From positions 142,618-206,617 of the IMG/VR virus record IMGVR_UViG_3300036770_006296: a stretch of DNA of 64,000 nucleotides; one strand, written 5' to 3'. Shown here one piece after another: positions 29,894-40,321 of this stretch (within the stretch, counting starts at the first letter, position 1; every line of letters begins with the position of its first letter). The notes beneath the pieces are model-generated. The model had not been told where the DNA came from and did not search any database. It saw nothing but the letters and a program-made list of their open reading frames with translations. The translations under genes were made by a program, and so were the position numbers.

Positions 29894-30775
29894 ATGCGGG
29901 ATTTTAAAATAATTAACCGGATAACAAATACCTCTGATAATCTAAACCGATACTTCAATGAAATATCAAAATATGAATTATTAAGTGCTGAGAAAGAGGC
30001 TGAACTTGCTTTTAAAGCTAAGGCTGGTGACGAAAAAGCTAAAGAAGCAATATTAAAATCTAATCTAAGATTTGTTATTTCTGTTGCAAAATCGTATGTT
30101 TCTGGCAACTCCCCACTGGAAGATCTTATATCTGAAGGAAACAAAGGATTAGTAGAAGCAGTCGAAAATTTCGATCCGACTACCGGATTCAAATTTATTA
30201 GTTATGCTGTTTGGCATATTAGGAAAAACATACTTGTATATCTTAATAATCACACAAGATCCATAAGAATCCCTTCTAACGTAAATAATGAGATGCGAAA
30301 ATATCATGCTATAGAGGAATCTTTTATCTCTTATAATGGTAGGGAACCTTCAATAGATGAGATGCTAGAGATAATAGAAAATCCTGAATATGGGATCCAG
30401 ATTTCTAACGCCACAATAGATACAATTAAAAACACCCCGTTATCTATTCCTCTCGAAAATTACGGAAAAGAAAATGACGAGATTGGCTCTCCTCTAAGTT
30501 GGTTGCAATCATCTGAAAATAGTGATGGTATAACATTGAGTGACGATATCAGGAATATTATCTTGCGAGTTCTTTCAGAGTTAAAGCCTATGGAAAGGGA
30601 AGTTACTATTTTAAAATACGGACTTGGAGACTCAAAAGAACCTATGAGCTATAAAGCTATAGGGGAGAAGCTAGAAAAAACAACAGAATGGGCTAGGATT
30701 ATTTCTAAGAAAGCTGAAATGAGGATGAAGGCTATTATTAGGAGAAGAAAAATAAAAGAATTATTCTTCGATTAA
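29894..30775 (+). CDS. second sigma70-family RNA polymerase sigma factor (divergent RpoD-like)
   Basis: SNLRFVISVAKSY, DLISEGNKGL, FDPTTGFKFISYAVWHIRK; diverged region 4 (KTTEWARII). Confidence 0.92.
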   Translation: MRDFKIINRITNTSDNLNRYFNEISKYELLSAEKEAELAFKAKAGDEKAKEAILKSNLRFVISVAKSYVSGNSPLEDLISEGNKGLVEAVENFDPTTGFKFISYAVWHIRKNILVYLNNHTRSIRIPSNVNNEMRKYHAIEESFISYNGREPSIDEMLEIIENPEYGIQISNATIDTIKNTPLSIPLENYGKENDEIGSPLSWLQSSENSDGITLSDDIRNIILRVLSELKPMEREVTILKYGLGDSKEPMSYKAIGEKLEKTTEWARIISKKAEMRMKAIIRRRKIKELFFD

Positions 30776-31089
30776 GCTAGTTCCATTTCCTCTATTCTAA
30801 AAGGCAATTTAGTTCCGTATCTGTACATACAAAAATGATCAAATTCTTCTTCGTTCATTTTGTCAGTGTGGAACTCCATTTCATCCCACAGAACTTTATT
30901 ATTCTTGTCTTTTAAATAGAGATCGAAAACATCTTTGCCTTTCTCTATCTTTTTTACGAGAGAGTTATTTAGATCTTTTTTTATTTTTTCCGCTCTTTCT
31001 TTAGAGATTGTTATTTTTTCAATCCACTCTTTTCTAGACCCTTCTTCAATTACAGATCCTCTTATTATGTAAGCTTTCTTATTATTCAT
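30772..31089 (-). CDS. hypothetical protein
   Basis: start reassigned to MNNKK. Confidence 0.55.
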   Translation of the reverse strand: MNNKKAYIIRGSVIEEGSRKEWIEKITISKERAEKIKKDLNNSLVKKIEKGKDVFDLYLKDKNNKVLWDEMEFHTDKMNEEEFDHFCMYRYGTKLPFRIEEMELA

Positions 31090-31151
31090 ATCTGCTAATT
31101 TAATAAATAAATTAAAAAGCAAAAGGATATATAAAGATAATAGAGACAAAA

Positions 31152-31979
31152 ATGAGACATCTTAAATCATTAGAAGAGTTTAGAATAGTTAATGAGCAGC
31201 TATTTAAAGATGGCGAAGCATTAATGAAACTCTTAAGCGGAGGTAAACTTCAGGATTCTCCTGTAGAAGGATCAGTAACAATAAAAGGAGGAGCTATATC
31301 AGGGGATAAAGCCAAAAATGCACAAGCAGTGATAAATTCTATGAATAAGCATGGAATAACAAACCCTTACACACAAAAAGCAATACTAGGTGTAATTGGT
31401 AAAGAGTGCGGGTTCATACCTCAAAATGAGACATCATACTCTACCACTTCTTCTGCTAGAATAAGAAGTATATTTGGTGAAAGAGTTAGTAAAATGACTG
31501 ATGCACAGATTGATCAGTTAAAAAAGAACGATGAAGCTTTCTATAATTACCTGTACGGCGGAAGATACGGAAATGCTCCTAATGAGGGATACAAATATAG
31601 AGGTAGAGGATTTAATGGTATAACATTCAAAGGGGTTTACCAAAAAATGAATGATCTCATGAATCGGATTGGAAAGCTGGATAGAAAGGTTGATCTAGTG
31701 GCTAATCCAGATGTCATTAATGATATAGATGTTGCTGCAGAATCTGCAGTGCTTTATTTTATAGACAGGGCTTCTTCCCCAGAAATGAACAAGAAATATG
31801 GTGTTAAGGATCTAAACGGATTCAAAGACGAGGAAACAGCAGTTAAAGCTATGGTTCATGCAAATGCTGGATGGGGATCTAATATGAATTCTCCGTTTCT
31901 AGCAACTAGCTTAAATAAGGCTAAGGATATGGCTAAGCAATTTAGTATTGCAGATTTAGGTCAAAATAATTTAGCTTAA
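31152..31979 (+). CDS. GH19/lysozyme-like muralytic enzyme with NEQLF leader (putative virion-associated lysin)
   Basis: ILGVIGKECGF, GYKYRGRGFNGIT, DLVANPD; GATATATA at 31126. Confidence 0.75.
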   Translation: MRHLKSLEEFRIVNEQLFKDGEALMKLLSGGKLQDSPVEGSVTIKGGAISGDKAKNAQAVINSMNKHGITNPYTQKAILGVIGKECGFIPQNETSYSTTSSARIRSIFGERVSKMTDAQIDQLKKNDEAFYNYLYGGRYGNAPNEGYKYRGRGFNGITFKGVYQKMNDLMNRIGKLDRKVDLVANPDVINDIDVAAESAVLYFIDRASSPEMNKKYGVKDLNGFKDEETAVKAMVHANAGWGSNMNSPFLATSLNKAKDMAKQFSIADLGQNNLA

Positions 31980-31980
31980 A

Positions 31981-32322
31981 TTATCTTCTAAATTTATTAG
32001 GAAACATTCTTCTCCACTCGTGACCTTGTGGAATGTCCTTTGCTCTTACACCGAATATCTTTTCTTCTGGGCATGGATCCATTTCTCTAACCATTCGATT
32101 GTTCATCCAGGTCTCTATTTTAACAAAGTTATTATTACAAGCCCAAGATTCTATTGATCTGTTCCATGATGAACCTGTCATAAACGGAAAATTTGTATTT
32201 GAGTTATTAACGACATCCGTTATTTGACTTCCTTGAAGTTCAACTTTTATCTCACCAAAATTCCTATGCTTAAGAATCATAGTCCTTTGGTTGAAATTTT
32301 CGTATAGTTCTATATAATTCAT
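31981..32322 (-). CDS. hypothetical protein (MNYIELYENF)
   Basis: start reassigned to motif Met. Confidence 0.65.
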   Translation of the reverse strand: MNYIELYENFNQRTMILKHRNFGEIKVELQGSQITDVVNNSNTNFPFMTGSSWNRSIESWACNNNFVKIETWMNNRMVREMDPCPEEKIFGVRAKDIPQGHEWRRMFPNKFRR

Positions 32323-32323
32323 T

Positions 32324-32998
32324 TTATTTTTTACATCTTCCTGTTTTAAAACCATCTGGTATTTTTTCCCCCTCGGGTATTCTTTTGTTTTCTAGCAATA
32401 CAGGATTGTAATACCATTTATAATTCTTTTTTCTCATTGGATTATTATCGCCTGAAAATCTTTCCCTATATCCATTTATTATACTTTCGTAATTTTCACC
32501 GAATCTTTGTCTTTCGTTTTTATATTTGGATCTTGATTTTTTTAAATTTATTTTTATATTTTCTGCTTTTTCTAAACCGTATATTTCTTCTAAAGATTTT
32601 CCTTTTTTCCTTTTTGTGCTGTCGTGATTCTTTGATAATTTTTCCTTGTGGTCTAAAGAGAATTCCCTATTTTTAAGTGCTTTACTAATTTTATTTTTTA
32701 TTTCATCCAATTTAGGATTATTGCTCATTGTATCTCCTCCGTCGCCGCCTTTAGATATATTATATCCTATATTCCTATCATTAGATTTATAAAATTCTAT
32801 CCAATATTTTTCAGAATTAGATAGATCCTCGTAATTATCTGTTTCGTATATTATTTCTTTTTGAAAATATTCTATTCCATATTTTTTTATAGCTCTTTTA
32901 ATTAATACACCCGAACCCATATAATTTTTATTAGAAAGTGTATCTTTACCTATGTATATTTTGCCGTCTAATATATTAGTTATTATATAAACCTGCAT
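32324..32998 (-). mobile_element. free-standing GIY-YIG homing endonuclease (Seg-like, NUMOD3)
   Basis: VYIITN...IYIG, YMGSG, E.YWI, GYNI..GGDGG, HKEKLS. Confidence 0.88.
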
Positions 32999-33009
32999 AT
33001 TTTATATTT

Positions 33010-33582
33010 TTACCAAGGATTGCTAGATTTAATACCTATCAATTTACGATAACGTGAGATATTGCACGACCAGTATTTAGCTTTCCATTTAGGCCCAGGT
33101 TGATCACAGCGCATTCTTTTTTGAAACGATCTTGCTTTTTTAGGATCTGCATTATTAACTCTCATTCCTGGTTCACCGAATCCAACCTTAACAATGTTAC
33201 CGCTTTGATTTTTTGTGTATACACCAAATTTCCTAGGACCTGAAGGTGTTCTGAAAGGTCTATTGAGGTTTACTTTTCTACCCCTATATTCTGCCTCATG
33301 TAGCTCTTCTACATCTTCAAAAGGTATGTCGAGAAAAACCTCTCTTCCCTCATATATTCCCCTTTTGCCAGCATCAGTACCAACCAACCAGATTTCATCT
33401 TCAGTTAGTCCAATATTTCCTTCATTAAATAATATTCTAGCTTCGTTAACAAGATCTAACCACGCTTCTGATTCCACCCTAAAAACGCTTTCTAGTAAGC
33501 CTATACCGTTGTTAAAGTGATAAGATAAGTTCTCAGATAAGGAATTATTATTAAATGCGTTAAAATCGCTTATATGCTTCAT
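33010..33582 (-). CDS. conserved myophage late protein (DUF6321-like C-terminus)
   Basis: KFGVY.K...KVGFG...RSF..R..C...KYWSC; GATATATA (-) at 33589. Confidence 0.6.
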   Translation of the reverse strand: MKHISDFNAFNNNSLSENLSYHFNNGIGLLESVFRVESEAWLDLVNEARILFNEGNIGLTEDEIWLVGTDAGKRGIYEGREVFLDIPFEDVEELHEAEYRGRKVNLNRPFRTPSGPRKFGVYTKNQSGNIVKVGFGEPGMRVNNADPKKARSFQKRMRCDQPGPKWKAKYWSCNISRYRKLIGIKSSNPW

Positions 33583-33597
33583 ATAAATTATATATCC

Positions 33598-34320
33598 TTA
33601 TTTGATTAGATCATTCTGAAACATAATATCACATATGTATCTTGAGATTTTTGTATCCGATGGATAGTGGATGCCAACCACCTCCCTGCTTCTTGCAATT
33701 TTTTCTCCTACTTCTCTAACCTCGGACGCAATTTCAGGATGTTTTCTTGCATAATGCTCTGCCATTGTAAATGCAGTGAGTGCGTGCCCGCTCGGGTAAG
33801 CTGCGGTCATGGCATCAGTTCTTATTAATGGATACAATGGAATGTCATAAGCTTTAGCTAACTGATATGGCCTAGGCCTATTAATGACGTCCTTCAAATA
33901 ATTAAGAATCGCGTCCGTTTGGTTGTCTATCCTAAAATATCCATCCATAGTCTCTTCGTATCCTTTTGAATTTAAAAAATCTATAAAAATGTTTGGTAGA
34001 TTGCTCTGGTCATCAGCGTATCTAGCAAATGTAACATCATCTCCCGTTGCATTTGATGTTAATTCTAGTAATTCTTCTAGGTCTTTTCTTGTAGTTTCGC
34101 TGTCGTTCAAAGGAGCTTCTTTTATGATCTTTTCTATTAGCCCCTCTTTTTCGAACCATTTTCTTATGGGATCATTCTTATCTTCTATGATCTCCTTGAA
34201 TTCAATCGGTGCATTTCCATAAACTATTTGATTAATATCAACGGTTTTTTCTGACTTATTTAAAGATTGCTCAAGAATTATAGAATTATTTAATTCTTTA
34301 AAATAGCTTATATACTTCAT
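33598..34320 (-). CDS. PAP2-family phosphatase
   Basis: K...NRPRP, YPSGH, SR...GIHYPSD; GATATATA (-) at 34326. Confidence 0.85.
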   Translation of the reverse strand: MKYISYFKELNNSIILEQSLNKSEKTVDINQIVYGNAPIEFKEIIEDKNDPIRKWFEKEGLIEKIIKEAPLNDSETTRKDLEELLELTSNATGDDVTFARYADDQSNLPNIFIDFLNSKGYEETMDGYFRIDNQTDAILNYLKDVINRPRPYQLAKAYDIPLYPLIRTDAMTAAYPSGHALTAFTMAEHYARKHPEIASEVREVGEKIARSREVVGIHYPSDTKISRYICDIMFQNDLIK

Positions 34321-34347
34321 ATAGCTATATATCGATCCTAGATATTC

Positions 34348-35124
34348 TTAATCTCTAAACCACCAAATCATTCCGTCCCAAAGAGCATCCCCGTGATTGA
34401 TCCAAGGAGCACGTTCTTCTTCGAAATATTCTTTATCTAATATATCATCCTCGTCTTTTCTATAATCGCTAGGAGTTATTCTTTCTTTTTTCTTTTTTAA
34501 TTCTTTCCACCAATCTTTTTTATCAATATAAGAGTAATCAGGAACTATTCCTATTTCTCCAGGATATGAATCATTGAGTCTAACTGTTGCAGGTAGTCCA
34601 TAATACCAGATCTTTCTACCGTTTTCCTTTTCTTGGTTTAAGAAATCGAATGGGTGTTCTAATAGTATAGTTTCTAAAGATTGAGCGCGGGAGAGAGCAT
34701 ATCCGATTTCTCTAGAAAAGAATGAGTATACCAATTTTCCGTTTGCATACATCTCACATTTTCCACCATTTCTCATATCCCACTCATCCCATTTATATTT
34801 CATGGTGTTGTATTGACGATATCTGATTTCCCAGCATATTCTATGAGCTCCTTTATCTATATAAGGAATTAGCTCTCTTATACAAGGCTCGTGAATATCT
34901 CCATCCTCGTCAGAAATAGCTTCGTAGTCTGACCAATCTAACCACCATGTATCTGGACATCCATTGGATTTACCAAGTTCGTGTTCGTATCCAGGGATGG
35001 AATATACTGGATATAGTTTTCCGTCTATCGCTACATCAAATATTTTGTGTAGTCTTTGAAATGGTGCTCCTTCGGATTTTCCGTATTTCTCCTGAGCTTG
35101 AGCTAATGTTAATGTTTCTTTCAT
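34348..35124 (-). CDS. hypothetical protein
   Basis: long ORF. Confidence 0.7.
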   Translation of the reverse strand: MKETLTLAQAQEKYGKSEGAPFQRLHKIFDVAIDGKLYPVYSIPGYEHELGKSNGCPDTWWLDWSDYEAISDEDGDIHEPCIRELIPYIDKGAHRICWEIRYRQYNTMKYKWDEWDMRNGGKCEMYANGKLVYSFFSREIGYALSRAQSLETILLEHPFDFLNQEKENGRKIWYYGLPATVRLNDSYPGEIGIVPDYSYIDKKDWWKELKKKKERITPSDYRKDEDDILDKEYFEEERAPWINHGDALWDGMIWWFRD

Positions 35125-35356
35125 TTATTTTTATTTTTATAAATCCCAAATACTTTTTCTCTTCTTTTTTGGAAATTTAAAAGAAATCCAGAGTAAAAAT
35201 TTTTGGATTATTCTTCCCATGTTTCTTCTTTGTCCATCTCTTTTAATTCAGATTGAATTTTCTTATCATTGATAAATTTAGCATCTTCCCATGCTTCTTT
35301 TCTGTCTCTCCATTTAATCCAGAGTCTAAAGAAATCGTATATTAATTTTATCTTGC

Positions 35357-35605
35357 TCATTTTTTAAATACGATATCCCAGTTTTTATCAAACATTTTAT
35401 CAATAGTTTCCTTATGATTTGGATCATCTTCTAACAATCCCATTAGATCCTTATACATAAGATAAGCAAATTTTAGATCCTTTAGATATCCCTCGCAATA
35501 ATCCCCATTTGGACTTTGCTTACAAGAAATTGCTGAACAGCATCCGTCTTCTCCACAAGCATCACAAACTGAACAATATGGAGATTTATATTTCTCTGGA
35601 TTCAT
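35357..35605 (-). CDS. Cys-rich hypothetical protein
   Basis: CSVCDACGEDGCC...C...C. Confidence 0.6.
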   Translation of the reverse strand: MNPEKYKSPYCSVCDACGEDGCCSAISCKQSPNGDYCEGYLKDLKFAYLMYKDLMGLLEDDPNHKETIDKMFDKNWDIVFKK

Positions 35606-35611
35606 AATTTA

Positions 35612-35968
35612 TTAATAAAGATCCTCACTATATAAAGTTCTACTTCCACCTCTTGATCTGTCATTCAGTTGACCCGCGGATTCAGCAATATTATATCCTT
35701 CTTCTCTATCAACAAAACGATTTTTATTAGTTAGAAATCCTTGGATTGATTCTCCAACTTCACCTGGTATGTCTCTTAACCCTGTAATTGCAACCATTTG
35801 ATATATGCAATTGCCGTGTCTCCACCCGGATACAACAACACCCCTATCGACATTGTATGGTCTAAAACCTCTATGTTCTAAAATATCTGGTTTCTTTAAG
35901 GGAAGATCCTTGTACCAAACAGCAGCACATAAAATATACTCGTCCATTATTTTATCTTTAAAAGCCAA
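35612..35968 (-). CDS. conserved phage protein
   Basis: ILCAA, G.RH, QGFLT...FVDREE...A...Q, LYSEDLY. Confidence 0.65.
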   Translation of the reverse strand: MAFKDKIMDEYILCAAVWYKDLPLKKPDILEHRGFRPYNVDRGVVVSGWRHGNCIYQMVAITGLRDIPGEVGESIQGFLTNKNRFVDREEGYNIAESAGQLNDRSRGGSRTLYSEDLY

Positions 35969-36222
35969 TTAGCTAAATGTTCATCAATAGTTAATTCGTC
36001 CCACTCATAATCAGTGAAACCTTTCCTGCAATATTCACCAAAGTTTATAAGATCTACTGCAGTAAAACCCGGAGTTCTTTTTAAAACATCCTCGACAACT
36101 TCGGGAGATGCCTCCTCACCTTTTGCCTCTATATCTTTCCATTCTTTTTCTATAGATTCAGAATCCATAGAGTTAAATTTCTCTGCTAACATAGCAGTTA
36201 GCTTCATTTCATTTAGGTTCAT
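35947..36222 (-). CDS. hypothetical protein
   Basis: ORF in operon. Confidence 0.55.
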   Translation of the reverse strand: MNLNEMKLTAMLAEKFNSMDSESIEKEWKDIEAKGEEASPEVVEDVLKRTPGFTAVDLINFGEYCRKGFTDYEWDELTIDEHLANWLLKIK

Positions 36223-36688
36223 ATTCTTTTATTTGTTTTATGTATGCTTCGTATACTGTTGTTCTAGTTGATCCGGTGTTTTCGTATTTGTCTACAGGAA
36301 TCCATCTTGTCTCCATAGTGTCTCCTTCTTTTCTTTCACATGGAAATGCTACTATATTCGTGTCTTCTATGTCAGGTCCTTGACAAAAAAGCTCTTTCCA
36401 AGTTGATTTCTCTAGATAATTTCTTAGAGCGCTCCATGCTTCCATATCGTGTGAGAGCCACATGTTGTCGTCGTGATTCATCGCATAATCAATCTGTCTT
36501 TGTATCTCCTCTGCTAGAGATTTCCCTTGTTGTTCTGAAAGTCTTTTACCAAAGTTTCTAACTAGATCCGACGGGTACATTGCAGATGCTATTGTGTATC
36601 TTCCGCAGAAGTATCTCAGAGAAGACCAAGTAAGATCCCATTCCCAGTCGCTCAATGGTTTAATCTTTTGCTTTTCCTTTGTTTTCAT
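36209..36688 (-). CDS. hypothetical protein
   Basis: GAAAC-N18-TATAA promoter (-) 36694-36721. Confidence 0.65.
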   Translation of the reverse strand: MKTKEKQKIKPLSDWEWDLTWSSLRYFCGRYTIASAMYPSDLVRNFGKRLSEQQGKSLAEEIQRQIDYAMNHDDNMWLSHDMEAWSALRNYLEKSTWKELFCQGPDIEDTNIVAFPCERKEGDTMETRWIPVDKYENTGSTRTTVYEAYIKQIKEYEPK

Positions 36689-36749
36689 AAAATTTATACT
36701 AAAAATGAAGGTTTAAGTTTCTTCTGTAAAAATAAGAGATAAATATAAG

Positions 36750-37076
36750 ATGGAAGGATATGTTTATCTGATTGTTGAGGGTGATCATAATGGGGAAGAG
36801 AAGTACAAGATAGGAGTAACTAAGAACGACCCCCAGAAAAGACTTAAGAAATTAAAAACGGGTAATTCAAATCAGCTAGATATCCTTAAACTTTATAAGA
36901 GCAAGCACTATAAAAAGGTGGAAAAAATTCTACACCGAAAATTTATAAGTCAAAGGACATTATCAGGGAACGAGTTTTTTTATCTAAGTGACGAACAGGT
37001 GTTTGGATTTATAAAGTATTGTGAAGAAGCAGAACACATTATAGAGTCGCTTCAGGATAATCCATTTTTTAAGTAG
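36750..37076 (+). CDS. GIY-YIG (T5orf172-like) nuclease domain protein
   Basis: GYVYLI, YKIGVT, RLKKLKTGN, EKILH, NEFF. Confidence 0.8.
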   Translation: MEGYVYLIVEGDHNGEEKYKIGVTKNDPQKRLKKLKTGNSNQLDILKLYKSKHYKKVEKILHRKFISQRTLSGNEFFYLSDEQVFGFIKYCEEAEHIIESLQDNPFFK

Positions 37077-37536
37077 AGCTAAGTCCAAAACGGTTAAGTA
37101 AAGCCGCACCTTTACATCTTAGTGCTTCTAATATTTTTTCGTCTAGCACTTTATCTAGTTCTTCCCTCGGATTTTCCCTATATAGCCTAGCCATTTCTAA
37201 AGGATATTCATTAAACGATTTTATAAGATCACATAGGCGATCATATATTTCTGTGCTTCTGCCATCATTTCTATCTGCTATGATTTCTCTCCAATTTTCT
37301 AGGCAGTCTAGTAATTCTGCCCTTTCATATAGATTAGAGTTTTCCTCCTCTAGGTCTTCAAATTTTGATTTTAGATTATCGAGGTCTCGCTCTAAATACT
37401 CAATCCTCTCCTTTGCTTCCAAAAGTTCAGATAGGTAGTCTTCTTTTGTTTGATTTAATTCTTGATTCTCGTCTTCGAGGCCCTCTATATAAAGAATAAG
37501 CTCCTCAACCTTTTTTTCTTCTAATTTATTAGTCAT
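37069..37536 (-). CDS. coiled-coil protein ending KGAALLNRFGL
   Basis: class I promoter (-) 37550-37586. Confidence 0.65.
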   Translation of the reverse strand: MTNKLEEKKVEELILYIEGLEDENQELNQTKEDYLSELLEAKERIEYLERDLDNLKSKFEDLEEENSNLYERAELLDCLENWREIIADRNDGRSTEIYDRLCDLIKSFNEYPLEMARLYRENPREELDKVLDEKILEALRCKGAALLNRFGLSST

Positions 37537-37585
37537 AAAGAATTTTATGCAAATTTAGAAAAAATTTAGAGGAATAAAAAAAGAT

Positions 37586-38170
37586 TTATTTTCTTTTCTT
37601 TCTATTAGCTTTAGCTTGTTGGTAGAGTTTTTTGTCGTGCATTTTTGTAGTCTTTCCTCCAGTTACGAAAGAGTTTACTCTAGCCATTGCCCATTGCTGT
37701 GGATTTGTTCCTGGAATGTGACCAGTTTTCCAAGCAGCATATCCTCTCTTCCAAACTTGTGTGAGTATTCCCTGTGGGAATCCTGTTTTATCTGACTTCT
37801 TTTTAAGTGCTTTTCTGACAGGACTAGTTGGAGAAGATACCCCTTCATTTAAAAAGCCCTCGAATTCTAATAGTTCTGATTCTGTTAAATGATCGAGGAA
37901 CTCTATAAATTCATTTTCTAGATCCTCTAATATACTCATGAATTCGTAAGGATCTGTAATTAGGTTTTCTCCAAACATTTGTTTGTATTTTTTTGTGTAT
38001 TTGCTGGTTTTAGTCCCCACCTTCTTACCCACGCCCGCTTTGCGCGATTTATAATCTGCATCCCATGGGCCATAAGCGGAAGAATCATCGTCTCTTTTAT
38101 GAGCGTGTTTTTTTATTTCCCTCCGCATCACGTTAGGATTTTTAGTAAGATACTTCTTGGGTAATTTCAT
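37586..38170 (-). CDS. basic late protein (DUF5824-like C-terminus)
   Basis: RGYAAW.TGH.PG..PQQWAMARVNSF; GATAAATA (-) at 38175. Confidence 0.6.
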   Translation of the reverse strand: MKLPKKYLTKNPNVMRREIKKHAHKRDDDSSAYGPWDADYKSRKAGVGKKVGTKTSKYTKKYKQMFGENLITDPYEFMSILEDLENEFIEFLDHLTESELLEFEGFLNEGVSSPTSPVRKALKKKSDKTGFPQGILTQVWKRGYAAWKTGHIPGTNPQQWAMARVNSFVTGGKTTKMHDKKLYQQAKANRKKRK

Positions 38171-38231
38171 AATGTATTTATCCAACTCTATAAAAACATT
38201 TTTTTTAAACAAATGAATTTTCTAGGTTTGC

Positions 38232-38789
38232 ATGACTATAAAAAATATGAAAAGAAAAAAAGATTATCCAACTCTAATTCATGGCTCTATCTTTAGCCCT
38301 TGCTTTATGACAGAGGAAGAATTCGAGAATGGATATAAGTCTTCAATATTTTATATAGAAAAAGATTTCCGCGAGGAATACGAAAAACACATAGCAGCAA
38401 TGTCTCACATTTCAAATATAGCAAAGAGCTACATTTTTAATAACTGGGAAAAGGTTAAGGATTGGAGTGATTTAGAAGTGGTTGTTAAACATGGGCCAAC
38501 TGGAGAAAAAACATACTATTACTCTTACAAAGAAAAAATAAGAAAGAAAGAATACGGCAGAGGTATGATTTCGGAGCTACTTATGAAGTCCGATAAAAAA
38601 AAGAAAAGAAACCAAAACCCTGTTTTAACTATAAATAATGTGGTACTAGATCCAACCGATGGCGATTTTTCAATCACTATAAACGGAAAAGAACATTGGT
38701 GGATACAAGACGAGGCTGTTATAATTATAGCAGACTATATAGAAAAAAGATTAAAAAAAGAAAATAGCCCTGATGAAAAGGAGATATAA
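38232..38789 (+). CDS. hypothetical protein
   Basis: ORF in operon. Confidence 0.6.
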   Translation: MTIKNMKRKKDYPTLIHGSIFSPCFMTEEEFENGYKSSIFYIEKDFREEYEKHIAAMSHISNIAKSYIFNNWEKVKDWSDLEVVVKHGPTGEKTYYYSYKEKIRKKEYGRGMISELLMKSDKKKKRNQNPVLTINNVVLDPTDGDFSITINGKEHWWIQDEAVIIIADYIEKRLKKENSPDEKEI

Positions 38790-39270
38790 AATGTATGGAA
38801 TTGTTTGTAACAATATAAGTTCTTTACAGAAGGGTATCCAATTTGGTAAATCTATTGTTGAATATGCAACTAAGTATGGCAGCAATGACCAGTATAAAAA
38901 ATGGGCTAGCGGGGATAAACAAGTAATGCTCTATGATGGTGGAAGTACTAATTCAAGAAGATTCGATGGAAAATATATTGGATCAATGAACAGATACTTA
39001 GATGAGTTAGATAAACATAAAATAGAATTGGTTTCTTTTTATGAGAAAGATTTAGGAGACCAACTAACTTGTATTTGTTTATTACTAGATGAAAGGATAT
39101 GGGACACCGAAAAATTTAATGACTACGACGGGCCATTTATAGACAAGCATGGAAAAGAGCCTTCTCAGATTCCCTATAATTACTGGAGATCAAAATTTGG
39201 TAACAGTGAAGAAGAAATAAATAAAATATTTTTTCTTAGAAAATTTTTTAAAGAATTAAAAATCTTATAG
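38773..39270 (+). CDS. peptidyl-tRNA hydrolase 2-like protein
   Basis: MY..V...IS.LQKGIQ.G, W...K..MLY.GG, FYE.DL.DQLT.IC. Confidence 0.55.
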   Translation: MKRRYKMYGIVCNNISSLQKGIQFGKSIVEYATKYGSNDQYKKWASGDKQVMLYDGGSTNSRRFDGKYIGSMNRYLDELDKHKIELVSFYEKDLGDQLTCICLLLDERIWDTEKFNDYDGPFIDKHGKEPSQIPYNYWRSKFGNSEEEINKIFFLRKFFKELKIL

Positions 39271-39273
39271 TTT

Positions 39274-40293
39274 ATGTCAGAAAAATCCAATTCGGATGTT
39301 AGGAAAAGAATAAAAAATTTAATTAATATATCAAATAGAATGATGAAAAGAAACGAGAACAGATACGTTGACATGACAGATGACGATGATGATTTAGGAT
39401 TAGTTGATACGCATAAACATACCCAATGGTCAGTTCTTCAAAACGATCAATTTGCGCCATCATATGTTTCAGTTTCTAGAGTTCCTAGTGGTTTATATGA
39501 GATGAAATGGAACTCTCCTATGCAAACTTGGGTTTTAGCAAAGCAAGCTCTAAATATAGACGAGCTATATGAACTACCATCCCCTGAAATAGAAAGTATA
39601 CTTAACGATATTAGGCTTTTTTGGAAAAAGAGAGGAGTTTATAGGGATTACAATTTTGTTCATAAGAGGGGTATACTTCTTTACGGAGATCCAGGATGTG
39701 GAAAATCCGGAATCATACAGCTTTGTGTTAAAAGCTTAATAGAGGAAGAATCCGGAATCGTAATAAACATAAAAGAGGATGAGGATTTTAAAGCCTTCTT
39801 AGAATTTGTTCCTACTATAAGAACAATAGAGCCAGAAAGACCTCTTATTGTTATATTAGAGGATATCGACTCCCTAGCTGGAGAGGACCGGTACTCAACA
39901 ACTAAACTCTTAAACATACTAGACGGTGTTAAACAGATAGAGAATGTTGTTTATATAGCAACAACAAATTACCCTGAAAAATTACAGGAAAGAATTACCA
40001 ACAGACCTTCCAGATTTGATAGAAGGTATGAGGTTCAAATGCCATCGAGAGAAATTAGAGAAGCATACATCAAAAACAAGCTAACTGATGATGACTTAAA
40101 GACAATTAACATGGAGGAATGGCTAGACGCATCAGAGAACATGTCATTATCACATTTAAAAGAGATGGTGATTTCTGTTATTGTGATGGGAAAAGACTTT
40201 GATGAATCACTATCTGCTTTAGATGCACTCTCGGAGAGACCTAAAATTAAAGGAGGGAAAAGAAAATCTGGAATAGGTTTCGGAAAATCATAA
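39274..40293 (+). CDS. AAA+ ATPase
   Basis: GDPGCGKS, ILEDID, ATTNY, NRPSRFD. Confidence 0.9.
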   Translation: MSEKSNSDVRKRIKNLINISNRMMKRNENRYVDMTDDDDDLGLVDTHKHTQWSVLQNDQFAPSYVSVSRVPSGLYEMKWNSPMQTWVLAKQALNIDELYELPSPEIESILNDIRLFWKKRGVYRDYNFVHKRGILLYGDPGCGKSGIIQLCVKSLIEEESGIVINIKEDEDFKAFLEFVPTIRTIEPERPLIVILEDIDSLAGEDRYSTTKLLNILDGVKQIENVVYIATTNYPEKLQERITNRPSRFDRRYEVQMPSREIREAYIKNKLTDDDLKTINMEEWLDASENMSLSHLKEMVISVIVMGKDFDESLSALDALSERPKIKGGKRKSGIGFGKS

Positions 40294-40321
40294 TGCGGGA
40301 TATATAATCTAAGACTAACAA

